A stretch of DNA of 64,000 bases, taken from Akkermansia muciniphila (GTDB lineage: Bacteria > Verrucomicrobiota > Verrucomicrobiia > Verrucomicrobiales > V1-33). Position 1 is the first letter of the stretch; each line of letters starts with the position of its first letter. Both the position numbers and the translations under genes were made by a program. The notes under the pieces were generated by a model. It worked only from the letters and a program-made list of their open reading frames with translations, was not told the DNA's origin and did not search any database. The stretch is from the NCBI GenBank assembly GCA_945861415.1, contig CAMAUV010000008.1, forward strand, positions 2,944 through 66,943, in the 5' to 3' direction. Positions 1-8,966 of the stretch are shown here, one piece after another.

Positions 1-495
1 GCGGAATACGCAATCATTAGTTGGGGGCCGGACCGCTACAATGAGTTGTATGCGAAATTCAAGAATCTCAACCGCATGCTGGCGTGGGGGCACAGTCAGG
101 TCATTGAGGGTCTGCTAGAGAAACAGCCTGACTGTCCGCGGGCGCTGAGTGACCAATTCGCCCGCGAGGAGGTGCTGCAGAAGGCGCTGGGCAAACGTGC
201 CAGGGCTGCCGGTATGGAACTGCAGCAGCGCACCAAGGGAGAAAGCGACGTGGCCGTAGCGGCAGCTTCCATTCTGGCCCGGGAGAGGTTTATCAATTGG
301 ATGCAAGAGGCCTCCAAAAGACTGGGGGTTTCCCTGCCCCGCGGCGCGGGTCTGGTAAAGACAACCGCAAGGGACCTTGTGGCCCAGCGCGGCACGGACT
401 TTCTGCCAAAGGTGGCCAAAATGCATTTCCGCACAGCCTACGAAGTGCTCGGTCTACCCGTGCCAGAGAAGAGGGAATGGCGGAGAGAAGGATAA
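1..495 (+). CDS. rnhC: Ribonuclease HIII, C-terminal part (5' truncated by window edge)
   Basis: Motifs SDQFA, TKGESDVAVAAASILAR, LPRGAG and KVAKMHFRT are typical of the RNase HII/HIII family; the frame is open from the window start. Confidence 0.85.
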   Translation, partial: AEYAIISWGPDRYNELYAKFKNLNRMLAWGHSQVIEGLLEKQPDCPRALSDQFAREEVLQKALGKRARAAGMELQQRTKGESDVAVAAASILARERFINWMQEASKRLGVSLPRGAGLVKTTARDLVAQRGTDFLPKVAKMHFRTAYEVLGLPVPEKREWRREG

Positions 496-512
496 CGGAC
501 GGGACATCGGGG

Positions 513-743
513 CTAACCCGCAGCACGTCCGGCGATGCGGCCGGTTCCGAAATCGTAGGTGCACAATTCTACCGTCACCCGGTCGCCTGCTGCAAAACTC
601 CAATCGGCCGCTTTCCATTGCGGCACCCATGCGATGAATTCGCATCCGTTGGGCAGGGTCGCCGCCCACGTTCGTTCACCGGTACGGGTCTGCAGGACGG
701 CCGTGGCAATGACAGGGTGGGGCCGGCGAGGAGCTACAGTCAT
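513..743 (-). CDS. Translation initiation factor IF-1-like S1/OB-fold protein (divergent paralog)
   Basis: LPNGCEFIAW...GDRVTVELCTYDFGTGRI aligns with IF-1 LENGHVVLAH...GDKVTVELSPYDLTRGRI; TGATG overlap with the upstream gene. Confidence 0.7.
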   Translation of the reverse strand: MTVAPRRPHPVIATAVLQTRTGERTWAATLPNGCEFIAWVPQWKAADWSFAAGDRVTVELCTYDFGTGRIAGRAAG

Positions 744-1420
744 CAGGCGTTTTCCTTTTTTGACTCCGTTTCGGTAGGGGTCTCGCCGGCATCGCTGTCT
801 CCGGCAGAGGCCTCCGGAGCGGTCTTGGCCAGATCGACGACCTCGCCCTTAAAGTTCGCCTGCAATCTCTCCAGCACCTTCACGGCGCCACCAAAGATCA
901 AATCATCGATCACCGCGCGCTGCTTTTTGTCGCCTGAATCCTTGTAGTATACATAGGCGAGGCCCTTGTGATCCCACTTACGGCGGTCGATCCGGAAGGC
1001 GCTGGAAAACAGCACTCGTTTCCCCCAGTGAGTGGTAAAGCTCTCAGCATCCGCGCTCAGAGTGCCGCGGGAGGTACGGATGTAGAAGTAAAGCATCCCA
1101 AGGCCGATAATCCCGCAGACCGCGGCACTGATTGGTTGCTCGCCTGCAATGGCCTTAGCGTAGTATGCGGAGTCGTGGTCCAGTTTCTCCGGGTAGTCCT
1201 TCTTGCGGGCTAGTTCGAGATATTCGGCTTCCCCGGCTTTCTCCCCCTTGTCTTTCTTTAGCTCCTCCAATTTAGCGGCGGCATCCCGCAGTTTAGGATA
1301 TCCAACCTTCCAGTCGTAGAGGAAGTAACCGCAAAAGAACCAAACCAGCACAAGCATGGGGATCCGGCGCTTGTGATACCAGGGTGTAGAACGGCAAACT
1401 ATTGGGTCGACGGCGGACAT
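743..1420 (-). CDS. Hypothetical membrane protein (two predicted TM helices, acidic C-terminal tail)
   Basis: 225-aa ORF with coding-like composition; hydrophobic segments MLVLVWFFCGYFLY and AAVCGIIGLGMLYFYI; translationally coupled to the IF-1-like gene. Confidence 0.75.
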   Translation of the reverse strand: MSAVDPIVCRSTPWYHKRRIPMLVLVWFFCGYFLYDWKVGYPKLRDAAAKLEELKKDKGEKAGEAEYLELARKKDYPEKLDHDSAYYAKAIAGEQPISAAVCGIIGLGMLYFYIRTSRGTLSADAESFTTHWGKRVLFSSAFRIDRRKWDHKGLAYVYYKDSGDKKQRAVIDDLIFGGAVKVLERLQANFKGEVVDLAKTAPEASAGDSDAGETPTETESKKENA

Positions 1421-1489
1421 GGGCAGATAGCAAACGGTGGCGGCGCGATTTGTCGAGTGGAAATGCCGTAGCGCGGTCTACGCGGACTT

Positions 1490-1930
1490 TCAGCGGTGGT
1501 AGGGCTCCCCGCGCCTGATAGTTTGGACTCGGTATAACTGCTCCAGCAGCACAACGAGCGCCAGTTCGTGCTGGAGGGTCATGGGACTGAGCGCCCAGAG
1601 TTCATGGGCCGCACTGCGCAGTTGCGGCGGATGCCCGTCGGCTCCCCCAATGAGAAAAGCCACGCGCTTGATGCCTGCGTCTATTTCCCAGCGGTCTAAT
1701 GAGGCACGTGCTGCGGCGGTATCGCAAAGACGGCCACGTTCGTCGAGCACCACACGATGGCACCCGTCCGAGGCTTTGAGCAACCGCTCTGCATTCTGCG
1801 CCTGAGTGCCCTCCTTCAGGCATTCCATTTCCGCCCGGCCATAGCGTTGCAACCGATACATGTAGTCCTCCGCTCCAGCTTTGGCCCACACAAGCGAGGG
1901 CTTTCCAATTACGAGAATTTTGAAATGCAT
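1490..1930 (-). CDS. rlmH: 23S rRNA (pseudouridine1915-N3)-methyltransferase RlmH
   Basis: LDERG, FLIGGADG, LSPMTLQHELALVVLLEQLYR and C-terminal GEPYHR signature. Confidence 0.95.
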   Translation of the reverse strand: MHFKILVIGKPSLVWAKAGAEDYMYRLQRYGRAEMECLKEGTQAQNAERLLKASDGCHRVVLDERGRLCDTAAARASLDRWEIDAGIKRVAFLIGGADGHPPQLRSAAHELWALSPMTLQHELALVVLLEQLYRVQTIRRGEPYHR

Positions 1931-1974
1931 CTCCTTCTCATGGGCTGTTGGGAACAGAAAACACCCGCAATCTG

Positions 1975-2045
1975 CTACGTATTAGTTAAATTCTTAAATT
2001 ACTTGAATATTTTTACAATTATTATAATCTCAAGGTATTCTGATT
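1975..2045. promoter_or_regulatory. AT-rich divergent promoter region (rlmH / amidase)
   Basis: Strongly AT-rich island in GC-rich DNA between divergent starts; perfect TATAAT at 2023-2028; repeated TTAAATT at 1986-1992 and 1994-2000. Confidence 0.5.
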
Positions 2046-2051
2046 ACCACC

Positions 2052-2645
2052 ATGCCTCCCAAACTGCGATACCTCCTCATCGGTTTGTTTTTGTGGGCGC
2101 AGTCTGCCGCCGGGAGCGGAACGGTGGTGGTGCTCGATCCCGGACACGGAGGCAAAGATCCGGGCACCATATGGGGAGGCGTCTCAGAGAAAACAGTCAC
2201 CTTGAGCATTGCCCTTAAAGTGGAGAAGCTACTGCGGGCTCGCGGGATTAAAACCGCGCTGACGCGGCGCTCAGACTTATACCGTTCGCTCACATCGCGC
2301 AAGGCGGTGGCCAACAGTTTCAGACGAAGCATTTTTGTGAGCATCCACTGCAACGCCGACCGGAGCCATCGGGCCAGGGGGATAGAAACCTTTTACTGCG
2401 GCCAGCAGGGTTACCGCTTGGCCAAGTCGATTCACAGCATTTTGGACAACAATACCACCACCACTGACCGCGGATTGAAACGGGCCGATTTTTCGGTTCT
2501 GCGCAATACAAACGGTGCCGCTGCTCTCGTGGAATGCGGCTTCCTCACTTGCCCCAGTGAGCGGCGCCTGCTCACCACCGAAATCTACCAACAACGGGTG
2601 GCCAGCGCCATTGCCTCGGGAGTCATTCGCTCACTCAACCGCTGA
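2052..2645 (+). CDS. N-acetylmuramoyl-L-alanine amidase (Amidase_3), single domain, secreted
   Basis: Signal peptide, then VVLDPGHGGKDPG, SEK, FVSIHCNA and LVECGFL zinc-amidase motifs. Confidence 0.93.
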   Translation: MPPKLRYLLIGLFLWAQSAAGSGTVVVLDPGHGGKDPGTIWGGVSEKTVTLSIALKVEKLLRARGIKTALTRRSDLYRSLTSRKAVANSFRRSIFVSIHCNADRSHRARGIETFYCGQQGYRLAKSIHSILDNNTTTTDRGLKRADFSVLRNTNGAAALVECGFLTCPSERRLLTTEIYQQRVASAIASGVIRSLNR

Positions 2646-2648
2646 ACC

Positions 2649-3101
2649 ATGGAAACCAACAAAGAATCCAACCTGCTCTGGGTCTTCGGCGGACTCGCCG
2701 GCATCGTTATCGTATTTCTTTTCTTAACTGACACCAAGCTGAGTCTCCTTACGGCAGAAAGTGAAAGACCTACGCCGGGCAAAGTCTTCCGGCTCGATGG
2801 CGATAACCTCGCCAAGGTAAAGCACCAGGTGCCTTTGCTGGTGGCTCTCTATACCGGCGGCGGCGTCAGTGGTGAGCGCATGGCGCGGAGCCTTGACGGA
2901 CTGGCCAAGGACTACAAGGATACGGCTATTATTGGGGTGGGACCGGCAGACAAAGACGGCGCCCTGCGCACAAGGGCAAAACTTGAGCAGCTTCCTGCTT
3001 ATATCATCTACCGCGACGGCGAGGAAATTCACCGGGCCACCGGCGAAAATGCGGATATCAGCATCCGCCGGCGGATTGCTGAAGCCACCGGCAAGCAGTA
3101 G
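2649..3101 (+). CDS. Membrane-anchored thioredoxin-fold protein lacking CxxC
   Basis: N-terminal TM; PLLVALY-GGGVSG-RMARSLDGLAKDY...LPAYIIYRDGEEIHRATG follows the thioredoxin pattern with WCGPC replaced; 3 bp after the amidase stop. Confidence 0.65.
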   Translation: METNKESNLLWVFGGLAGIVIVFLFLTDTKLSLLTAESERPTPGKVFRLDGDNLAKVKHQVPLLVALYTGGGVSGERMARSLDGLAKDYKDTAIIGVGPADKDGALRTRAKLEQLPAYIIYRDGEEIHRATGENADISIRRRIAEATGKQ

Positions 3102-3118
3102 TCTGGGGCTTAGCCAGC

Positions 3119-4162
3119 CTATTTCCCGGATTGCAGTATTAACTTCGAAAATCCCGCGGTTTCCCTCACTACTGAAGCGCCATCCCCGCCTTTCGCTAAA
3201 ACTCGCGCCTCGGCCTTCGGATGATGCGTAATCAGCCACTCGATACCCTTTTCCGGCCCCATGAGGCAAAGCGTGGTAGCTAACCGGTCTGCATCCACGG
3301 CTAAACCCGCGACGACTGACGCCTGAGTCGGCCGGATCATACCGAGACCGGTCGTTTTATCGATAATGTGACTGTAACCCACCCCGTCGATTTCCACCGA
3401 CTGCCGGAGGTCCCCGGAAGTGGCCACGCAGGTGTTTTCGACTAGGAGGACGATGTCAGGATCTGAGTCGGTGGTTTTACCCAGTTGCACATTCCACCCG
3501 TCGCGGCCCGGCGGCTTTCCGGTGACAGCCACGGCACCGCCGGCATCCAGCAGGGCACTGGTGATGTTGAATTTCGTGCGCAACAGCATGAGGGCTTCAT
3601 CCTGAGCGAATCCCTTGGCGATGCCTCCCGTGTCCAGCCGCATTCCGGGCTTTTTCAGCAGAGCCGTGCGGGCGGTTTCATCCAACGCCAGCGACTCCCA
3701 ACCAGTCGACTGCCGGGCCGACTGGATGTCTTCCGGAGAAGGAAGCGTGTGGGACTTGCGGGATTTGCGCCACAACTGTACGCACGGGCCGATCGTGATG
3801 TCAAAGACGCCGCCGCTCTCTACGGCTGCAGCTTGGGATAGCCGCAGGACCGCTAGGAGGTCCCCTGATACGGTCATGGGCTTGCCTGTCCCTGCAGTCG
3901 CTGAGAGTCGGCTTAGTTCACTTTCCTGAAGGTAGTCGCTGAGAACGGCATTGAGGGCCTCTACCCGGGCAAACGCTGCTTCCGCAGCTTCTTTGGCCGC
4001 ATCTTCATCCTCAGCGTAGAGCTTTAGCCTCCACACAGTGCCCATGCAGGGACGGCGGAAAGTGAAGTCACTCACTTGCTGCGCAGAGACAGGCAACCCG
4101 GCCGCAAGGAAAGTGATAGTGGAGAGAGCGAGCAGGCGCATACTGGAGTTAGGCCGCACCAT
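3119..4162 (-). CDS. apbE: FAD:protein FMN transferase (ApbE family), with signal peptide
   Basis: MGT, SELSRL, FDITIGP, LDTGGIAKG, ATSGD, YSHIID and ADRLAT motifs. Confidence 0.93.
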   Translation of the reverse strand: MVRPNSSMRLLALSTITFLAAGLPVSAQQVSDFTFRRPCMGTVWRLKLYAEDEDAAKEAAEAAFARVEALNAVLSDYLQESELSRLSATAGTGKPMTVSGDLLAVLRLSQAAAVESGGVFDITIGPCVQLWRKSRKSHTLPSPEDIQSARQSTGWESLALDETARTALLKKPGMRLDTGGIAKGFAQDEALMLLRTKFNITSALLDAGGAVAVTGKPPGRDGWNVQLGKTTDSDPDIVLLVENTCVATSGDLRQSVEIDGVGYSHIIDKTTGLGMIRPTQASVVAGLAVDADRLATTLCLMGPEKGIEWLITHHPKAEARVLAKGGDGASVVRETAGFSKLILQSGK

Positions 4163-4305
4163 GCCCGTTCATGATGAAATGCGAAGCGCAAATCTGTGTA
4201 GCAGCCCCGTTTATCTACATTCCCGGGAAGTCGCCGGGCATCGGCATTTGACAAGCCCCCTGCCCCGCTGACACACTCGGCTTGCCGACCCATCCCTCAC
4301 TTCCC

Positions 4306-5445
4306 ATGATTTCAGCTCCCGCAGTGCTCATCGCCTGCGACAAATTTAAAGGAACCCTCACCGCAGCGCAAGCCTGCGCTGCGGTAGCCGCGGGTATCCG
4401 CCGGATTTGGCCCGCTGCCGGCATCACTACGCGGCCCATGGCTGACGGCGGCGACGGTACGGCGCGGGTGATTTGCGAAGCATGCAGCGGGCAATGGCTG
4501 ACGGAAACAGTCACCGGGCCGTTGGGTGATAAAGTGAAGGCAGGCTGGGCGTGGCTGAACTCGGAGAAGACCGCCGTCATTGAGATGAGCGAGGCCTCCG
4601 GCTTGCGCCTCGTGCCACCCGAGCGGAGGAACCCGTGGCGCGCCACCACCATCGGCACCGGGGAACTCATGAAGGCCGCAATCCGCAAAGGCGCGGAAAA
4701 AATTGTCGTAGGTATCGGCGGCAGTGCCACCAATGATGGCGGAGCAGGCATGGCATGGGCACTGGGCTACCGTTTTCTGAATACAGCCGGAGCAGAACTG
4801 GAGCCGCAGCCCGCGAATTTGGAATCGGTGGCAAAGATTGTGCCGCCGCAGGATTTTCGGATGCCCGAAATCGTCGCCGCATGCGATGTGACCAATCCGC
4901 TCCTCGGTCCGCACGGCGCCACCGCGGTCTACGGCCCGCAAAAAGGCGTCCGCCTCGAACGCATTCCTGCGTTCGAATCTGCACTGGCGCACTTCGCCGA
5001 CATCGTCCGGCGCGATCTGGGCATGGACCCCACGGAAACGCCAGGCGCTGGGGCCGCGGGGGGACTGGGCTTCGGACTTTTGACCTTCGCCCGCGCCCGG
5101 ATGGAGCCCGGCTTTGATCTTGTGGCTCGCATCACCGGACTGGAGTCCGCAGTGCGGGCCGCCGACCTCGTCATCACAGGCGAAGGCAGCGTTGATCACC
5201 AAACCCTGAACGGCAAGGGGCCCGCAGGCGTCGCCGGCATGGCCCGCCGCATGGGGAAACCCGCTGTCGCAGTAGGTGGTTTAGTAGACGAATCCGCCAT
5301 CAATGGACTCAATGCTGTCTTCCATGCCGTCATCGCCGCGGCCCGGCGCGATAACATCGAGGAGGCCATCAAATCGCCATCTCGATTCGTAGAGGAAGCC
5401 GTGGCCGCCGCGGGGGCGCAACTCTCGGAGTTGCTGGTCGCCTGA
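4306..5445 (+). CDS. Glycerate kinase (GlxK/GarK family)
   Basis: ACDKFKGTL, MADGGDGT, IGGSATNDGGAGM, YGPQKG, GAGAAGGLG and ITGEG motifs; start placed at ATG 4306. Confidence 0.93.
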   Translation: MISAPAVLIACDKFKGTLTAAQACAAVAAGIRRIWPAAGITTRPMADGGDGTARVICEACSGQWLTETVTGPLGDKVKAGWAWLNSEKTAVIEMSEASGLRLVPPERRNPWRATTIGTGELMKAAIRKGAEKIVVGIGGSATNDGGAGMAWALGYRFLNTAGAELEPQPANLESVAKIVPPQDFRMPEIVAACDVTNPLLGPHGATAVYGPQKGVRLERIPAFESALAHFADIVRRDLGMDPTETPGAGAAGGLGFGLLTFARARMEPGFDLVARITGLESAVRAADLVITGEGSVDHQTLNGKGPAGVAGMARRMGKPAVAVGGLVDESAINGLNAVFHAVIAAARRDNIEEAIKSPSRFVEEAVAAAGAQLSELLVA

Positions 5446-7152
5446 TCACTGCGGAACCTCCCGCACCGCCCTTGCCAGCACCCGGCTGATGAAGGGAAAG
5501 AACTGCTTTTTACGGCTCACCACGCCATCCATTTCAAAAACGCCCCGGCCCAGCGGCGGGTAGTCGATTTCATTATCTACGGCCCGGCTTCCTGCCGTCA
5601 GCAGCACACTGTAGTGGCGCGAAATATCGGTCACGATGAGACACGCAAAATCGCACTCCCGGGCCACCCTGAGTTTCTCCAGTTCCGCCTGGAGTTCCCC
5701 GATGCGGGCGGCCAGATCCTCCAACCCCAGTTCCTCAATCTGACTGATACTGATGTGCCAGCCGTGCTCGTGAAACTCCTTCCGGTCTGTGTTCAGGATC
5801 ACGTCCACTGGTGACGAGCGCAGCAGCGACCCCGCGGCAAAAAAGTCCCGCGCAAAATCATCCACCACGATGCCCCCCTGCCCCGCCAGCCATGCCAGCA
5901 TCTCGCGGTCCATCGTGCGCGCCGTGGGCGATGTGAGCTTCAAAGTATCACTCACGATTCCAGCGCACAAGCACAGCGCCACTCCCGGCGACGGTCGTTC
6001 GCCTACCATTTGAAACAACCGCGCCACAATCGTCGACGTCGAGCCCACCGGTTCATTGATGAAACGGATTGGTTCACGAGATACCAAATCACCGCCCAAG
6101 CGGTGGTGATCGATCACCTCCAGTATCTGCGCATCGCTCGCCCCGGGCACCGCCTGAGAGAGTTCATTGTGATCCACCAGCACCAGCCGCTGGCGAGGGG
6201 GATCAAGCAGGTCGCTTTTGGAAAACACCCCGACCAGATGCCCGTTCTCCTCGCGCACCACGGGGAACAATGGCTGCTGGGAATGCTGGATTTCCTGACG
6301 AATGTGCGCGATGTGCACACGGGATCCGTAGCTTTTAAAGCTCCGGTCCACCGCCTCCTCGATCCGGCGCGAGCAGCGGATTAGTTGCGCAGTGCTCGCG
6401 GTGTCGTGCGTGCAGGAAACGACCGTGCAGCCCTGTGCCCGCGCCACCTCTTGCAGTTCCGGCTGCAGATGCGCCCCCGCCGTTAACACGATAGCGCGCA
6501 CTTTATACTCAAGCGCCATCCGGTGCACCTCCGGACGGTCCCCTACCACCACAACCAGTTCGTCAGGCGCAAACTCATGAAGGCGCGCATCCACCGTGCG
6601 CTCGCTACTAGCGGAAACGGTGAGCACAAAATCCTGCTCCTTATCCAGCCGTGCCCCGCAGTCGATATGTCCCTCGAGCGTCCGCGCCATATTCGCAAGC
6701 GTCGTCCGCACCCGCCGGGCTTGCGCCTTATCTTCGAAGTTGTGCATCAGCAGCTTCAGCAAATCTTGGGCACTGGCCAACCCCGTCACCTGCTGCTGAT
6801 CATCCACCACTGGAATAGCACGAATTCCCGCCCGCACCATCCGCTGATAGACGTCCAGAAAAGTCTCATCCTCACGCGCCACTATCACATCCGCCCGGCA
6901 AATCGTCTCGCACGTCGGCCGTAAATCGATCAAGAGCTTCGGAGCCGGCAGCCCCGCCTGCTGCAACACCCATTCCGTCCGCTGATTGAGCCCTCCGCAG
7001 CAGGCCGCCACCGCATCCGGATACCGCGTCTGCCGCAATAGCTCAGCATAACCGATGGCGCTACAAACCGCGTCGGTGTCAGGATTCTTGTGGCCTATAA
7101 CATAAACCGGCTGCTTACCTGCGCCGGTCTTTTCATACTCAGGATGGATCAT
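5446..7152 (-). CDS. Manganese-dependent family II inorganic pyrophosphatase with CBS-DRTGG-CBS insert
   Basis: GHKNPDTDAVCSAI, LVDHNE, IDHH, EPVGSTSTI and VVSRKKQ; central CBS and DRTGG-like (VVVGDR) region. Confidence 0.93.
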   Translation of the reverse strand: MIHPEYEKTGAGKQPVYVIGHKNPDTDAVCSAIGYAELLRQTRYPDAVAACCGGLNQRTEWVLQQAGLPAPKLLIDLRPTCETICRADVIVAREDETFLDVYQRMVRAGIRAIPVVDDQQQVTGLASAQDLLKLLMHNFEDKAQARRVRTTLANMARTLEGHIDCGARLDKEQDFVLTVSASSERTVDARLHEFAPDELVVVVGDRPEVHRMALEYKVRAIVLTAGAHLQPELQEVARAQGCTVVSCTHDTASTAQLIRCSRRIEEAVDRSFKSYGSRVHIAHIRQEIQHSQQPLFPVVREENGHLVGVFSKSDLLDPPRQRLVLVDHNELSQAVPGASDAQILEVIDHHRLGGDLVSREPIRFINEPVGSTSTIVARLFQMVGERPSPGVALCLCAGIVSDTLKLTSPTARTMDREMLAWLAGQGGIVVDDFARDFFAAGSLLRSSPVDVILNTDRKEFHEHGWHISISQIEELGLEDLAARIGELQAELEKLRVARECDFACLIVTDISRHYSVLLTAGSRAVDNEIDYPPLGRGVFEMDGVVSRKKQFFPFISRVLARAVREVPQ

Positions 7153-7227
7153 GGAGGCATATCTCTTGGCACGCTACCCGCCGGAAACAAGCGCGCGCGG
7201 CAGATTCCTCTGGGCGGCGCGTGAGTC

Positions 7228-7279
7228 GTGGCTCGGGCTTCCAGCGCGCAGAACACTTCGGACTGGAAGCCCGAATCAC
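7228..7279. repeat. REP-like inverted repeat
   Basis: GTGGCTCGGGCTTCCAG (7228-7244) pairs with CTGGAAGCCCGAATCAC (7263-7279) with two mismatches; a partial copy CTGAAAGCCCGA lies near 7308. Confidence 0.6.
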
Positions 7280-7667
7280 TAGCGGCGCAGGCCGGCGAGC
7301 AGGAGGCCTGAAAGCCCGATGAAGCTGGTTAAGGCTTCGGGAGTAGCGGTGCCATTCACGGTGTTAATTGCTTTGAGTCAATGCGTGCATGGGAATCGCG
7401 GAATGAAGAGCTTCCCGGCGCCCTGGGTTTGTGCCAAGCTTGAGGCCAAGTGAGACCCAACCCCACGCCGCCGCCAAATGCCTCCGACGCCGCGCTGTAG
7501 TGCCTCCGCCTTTCCTCATATCGAGAAAAGGAAACAGACCAACTAATCTTCCTTAGGCCCGGAGAAATTAGACGGTGCGGCTGCGAAACGGATTACCAAG
7601 CGCTCCCCGGCGTCCGGTCATCTACAAACATTCCAGAGGGCCTCCCTTCTTCCTATCCTCTGGTCTA

Positions 7668-8816
7668 CTAACCGAGGGCGGCGGTAAGGCTGAGGGCTTT
7701 TTCGCCGGGCATGACGCCTTGTTCCATCTGGTTCATGACGTATGCGAAGGCGAGGTCGAGGGCAGGGGCAGCGAAGGCGAGACTGCCGCCAGCACCGGGA
7801 TGTCCAAAGGCGTTGGGGGAGGAGCCGAAGCGATGGGTGAGCTTTTTGCCGGTGGCGGGGTCCACGGGGTCCATCATGCATCCGGCCGAGAAGGCGGTGG
7901 GCATGAGCAAAACGACGTCGCTGCCCTGAGTAATCGGGCTACTCAGCCAGCGAATGACCGTCTCGGGCACCAGCCTCCGGCCCTGCCACAAGCCTCCAGC
8001 GGCGAGCAGGGCGTAGATTTTCCCCAATCCACGCGCGCTCCCCGCGCCGCCAAACGCAGCGAGGCCGGCGCTCCACGCGGCAGGGAGATTCATGTCGGAA
8101 ATGGCGTGCAGTCCGGCGGGCGAAGTAAAGGCGCGGCGGGTGAGGGAATGGGGCAGGCCAAAGGCGGATAGGAACGCACCCTCGGGGTCGCCGGGTGTGT
8201 GTGTTCTAAGACGACCCGGATAGAGTCGGGCCACGCGATGGTGATGTTCCAAGGGCAGGCCGATCCAGAATTCGGCATCAAGCGGCCCGGTGATACGCTC
8301 GTGCAGGATTTGACCAATACCCCGCCCGCCAGTGAGTCGGCGCGCGCATTCCTCCAGTAAAAATCCGAACGTGCGCGGGTGGTAGCCGTGGGCGGTTCCG
8401 GGCTCCCAGTGCGGGGCTTGCTTAGCAAGGGCAGCCGCGACGGCTTCGTGATGGAAGACAGACGGCGGGGCATCCAGCGCCGGGAGCCCGCCCTGGTGGC
8501 TGAGCATTTGGCCAAAGGTCATGCGGGCGCGTAGTTCCGGCCACACTTCCATCACGGGGGTGTCAAGGTGTAACCCGGCCTCGTGGAGGGTGAGCAGAAA
8601 GGCGAGCGCGGCAGGGCCCTTGGTGACCGACCACACGGGCACGAGGGTGTCGCGGTGCCATGTGACGACTTCGTCCTTCGTGCGAGAGCCATGATGCAGA
8701 GAAAGGATTTCCTCCCCGCCGCTCCAAATGGAAACAGAGGCTCCTATTTCTCCCCGCTCAGAGAAGTTGCGTTCGAAGGCTTCGGCAACGGCGCGAGTGT
8801 CAAGAACTGTGCTCAT
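7668..8816 (-). CDS. Serine hydrolase, beta-lactamase class C/EstA family
   Basis: SxxK (WSVTK), LSHQGGL, PGTAHGYH and FGHPGAGG motifs. Confidence 0.9.
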   Translation of the reverse strand: MSTVLDTRAVAEAFERNFSERGEIGASVSIWSGGEEILSLHHGSRTKDEVVTWHRDTLVPVWSVTKGPAALAFLLTLHEAGLHLDTPVMEVWPELRARMTFGQMLSHQGGLPALDAPPSVFHHEAVAAALAKQAPHWEPGTAHGYHPRTFGFLLEECARRLTGGRGIGQILHERITGPLDAEFWIGLPLEHHHRVARLYPGRLRTHTPGDPEGAFLSAFGLPHSLTRRAFTSPAGLHAISDMNLPAAWSAGLAAFGGAGSARGLGKIYALLAAGGLWQGRRLVPETVIRWLSSPITQGSDVVLLMPTAFSAGCMMDPVDPATGKKLTHRFGSSPNAFGHPGAGGSLAFAAPALDLAFAYVMNQMEQGVMPGEKALSLTAALG

Positions 8817-8966
8817 GGAAGACGGGGGCGTCGATGAACTTCTGCGAGTCTACTCCCGAGCCGATCCATGGCGCACGAGCCCAAGGAGGGGAAAGCGACG
8901 ACGGACCTTCGCAGTCGATAGTGGCTTCGCCACGGACCCAACCGACAAATTGAACTATTGGAACCA

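Noticed and set aside
4312-5202. 296-aa minus-strand ORF and similar long overlapping ORFs (e.g. 25611-26549, 62575-63447, 15753-16466)
   Set aside because: They fully overlap well-supported genes on the opposite strand and have no recognisable features
7575-8171. 198-aa plus-strand ORF
   Set aside because: Mostly antisense to the serine hydrolase; low-information Gly/Ala/Arg composition
7668-8816. Serine hydrolase as the beta-lactamase target of the BlaI/M56 pair
   Set aside because: It is 3.6 kb away, has no signal peptide, no TGCT-N8-AGCA site was seen upstream, and it resembles esterases
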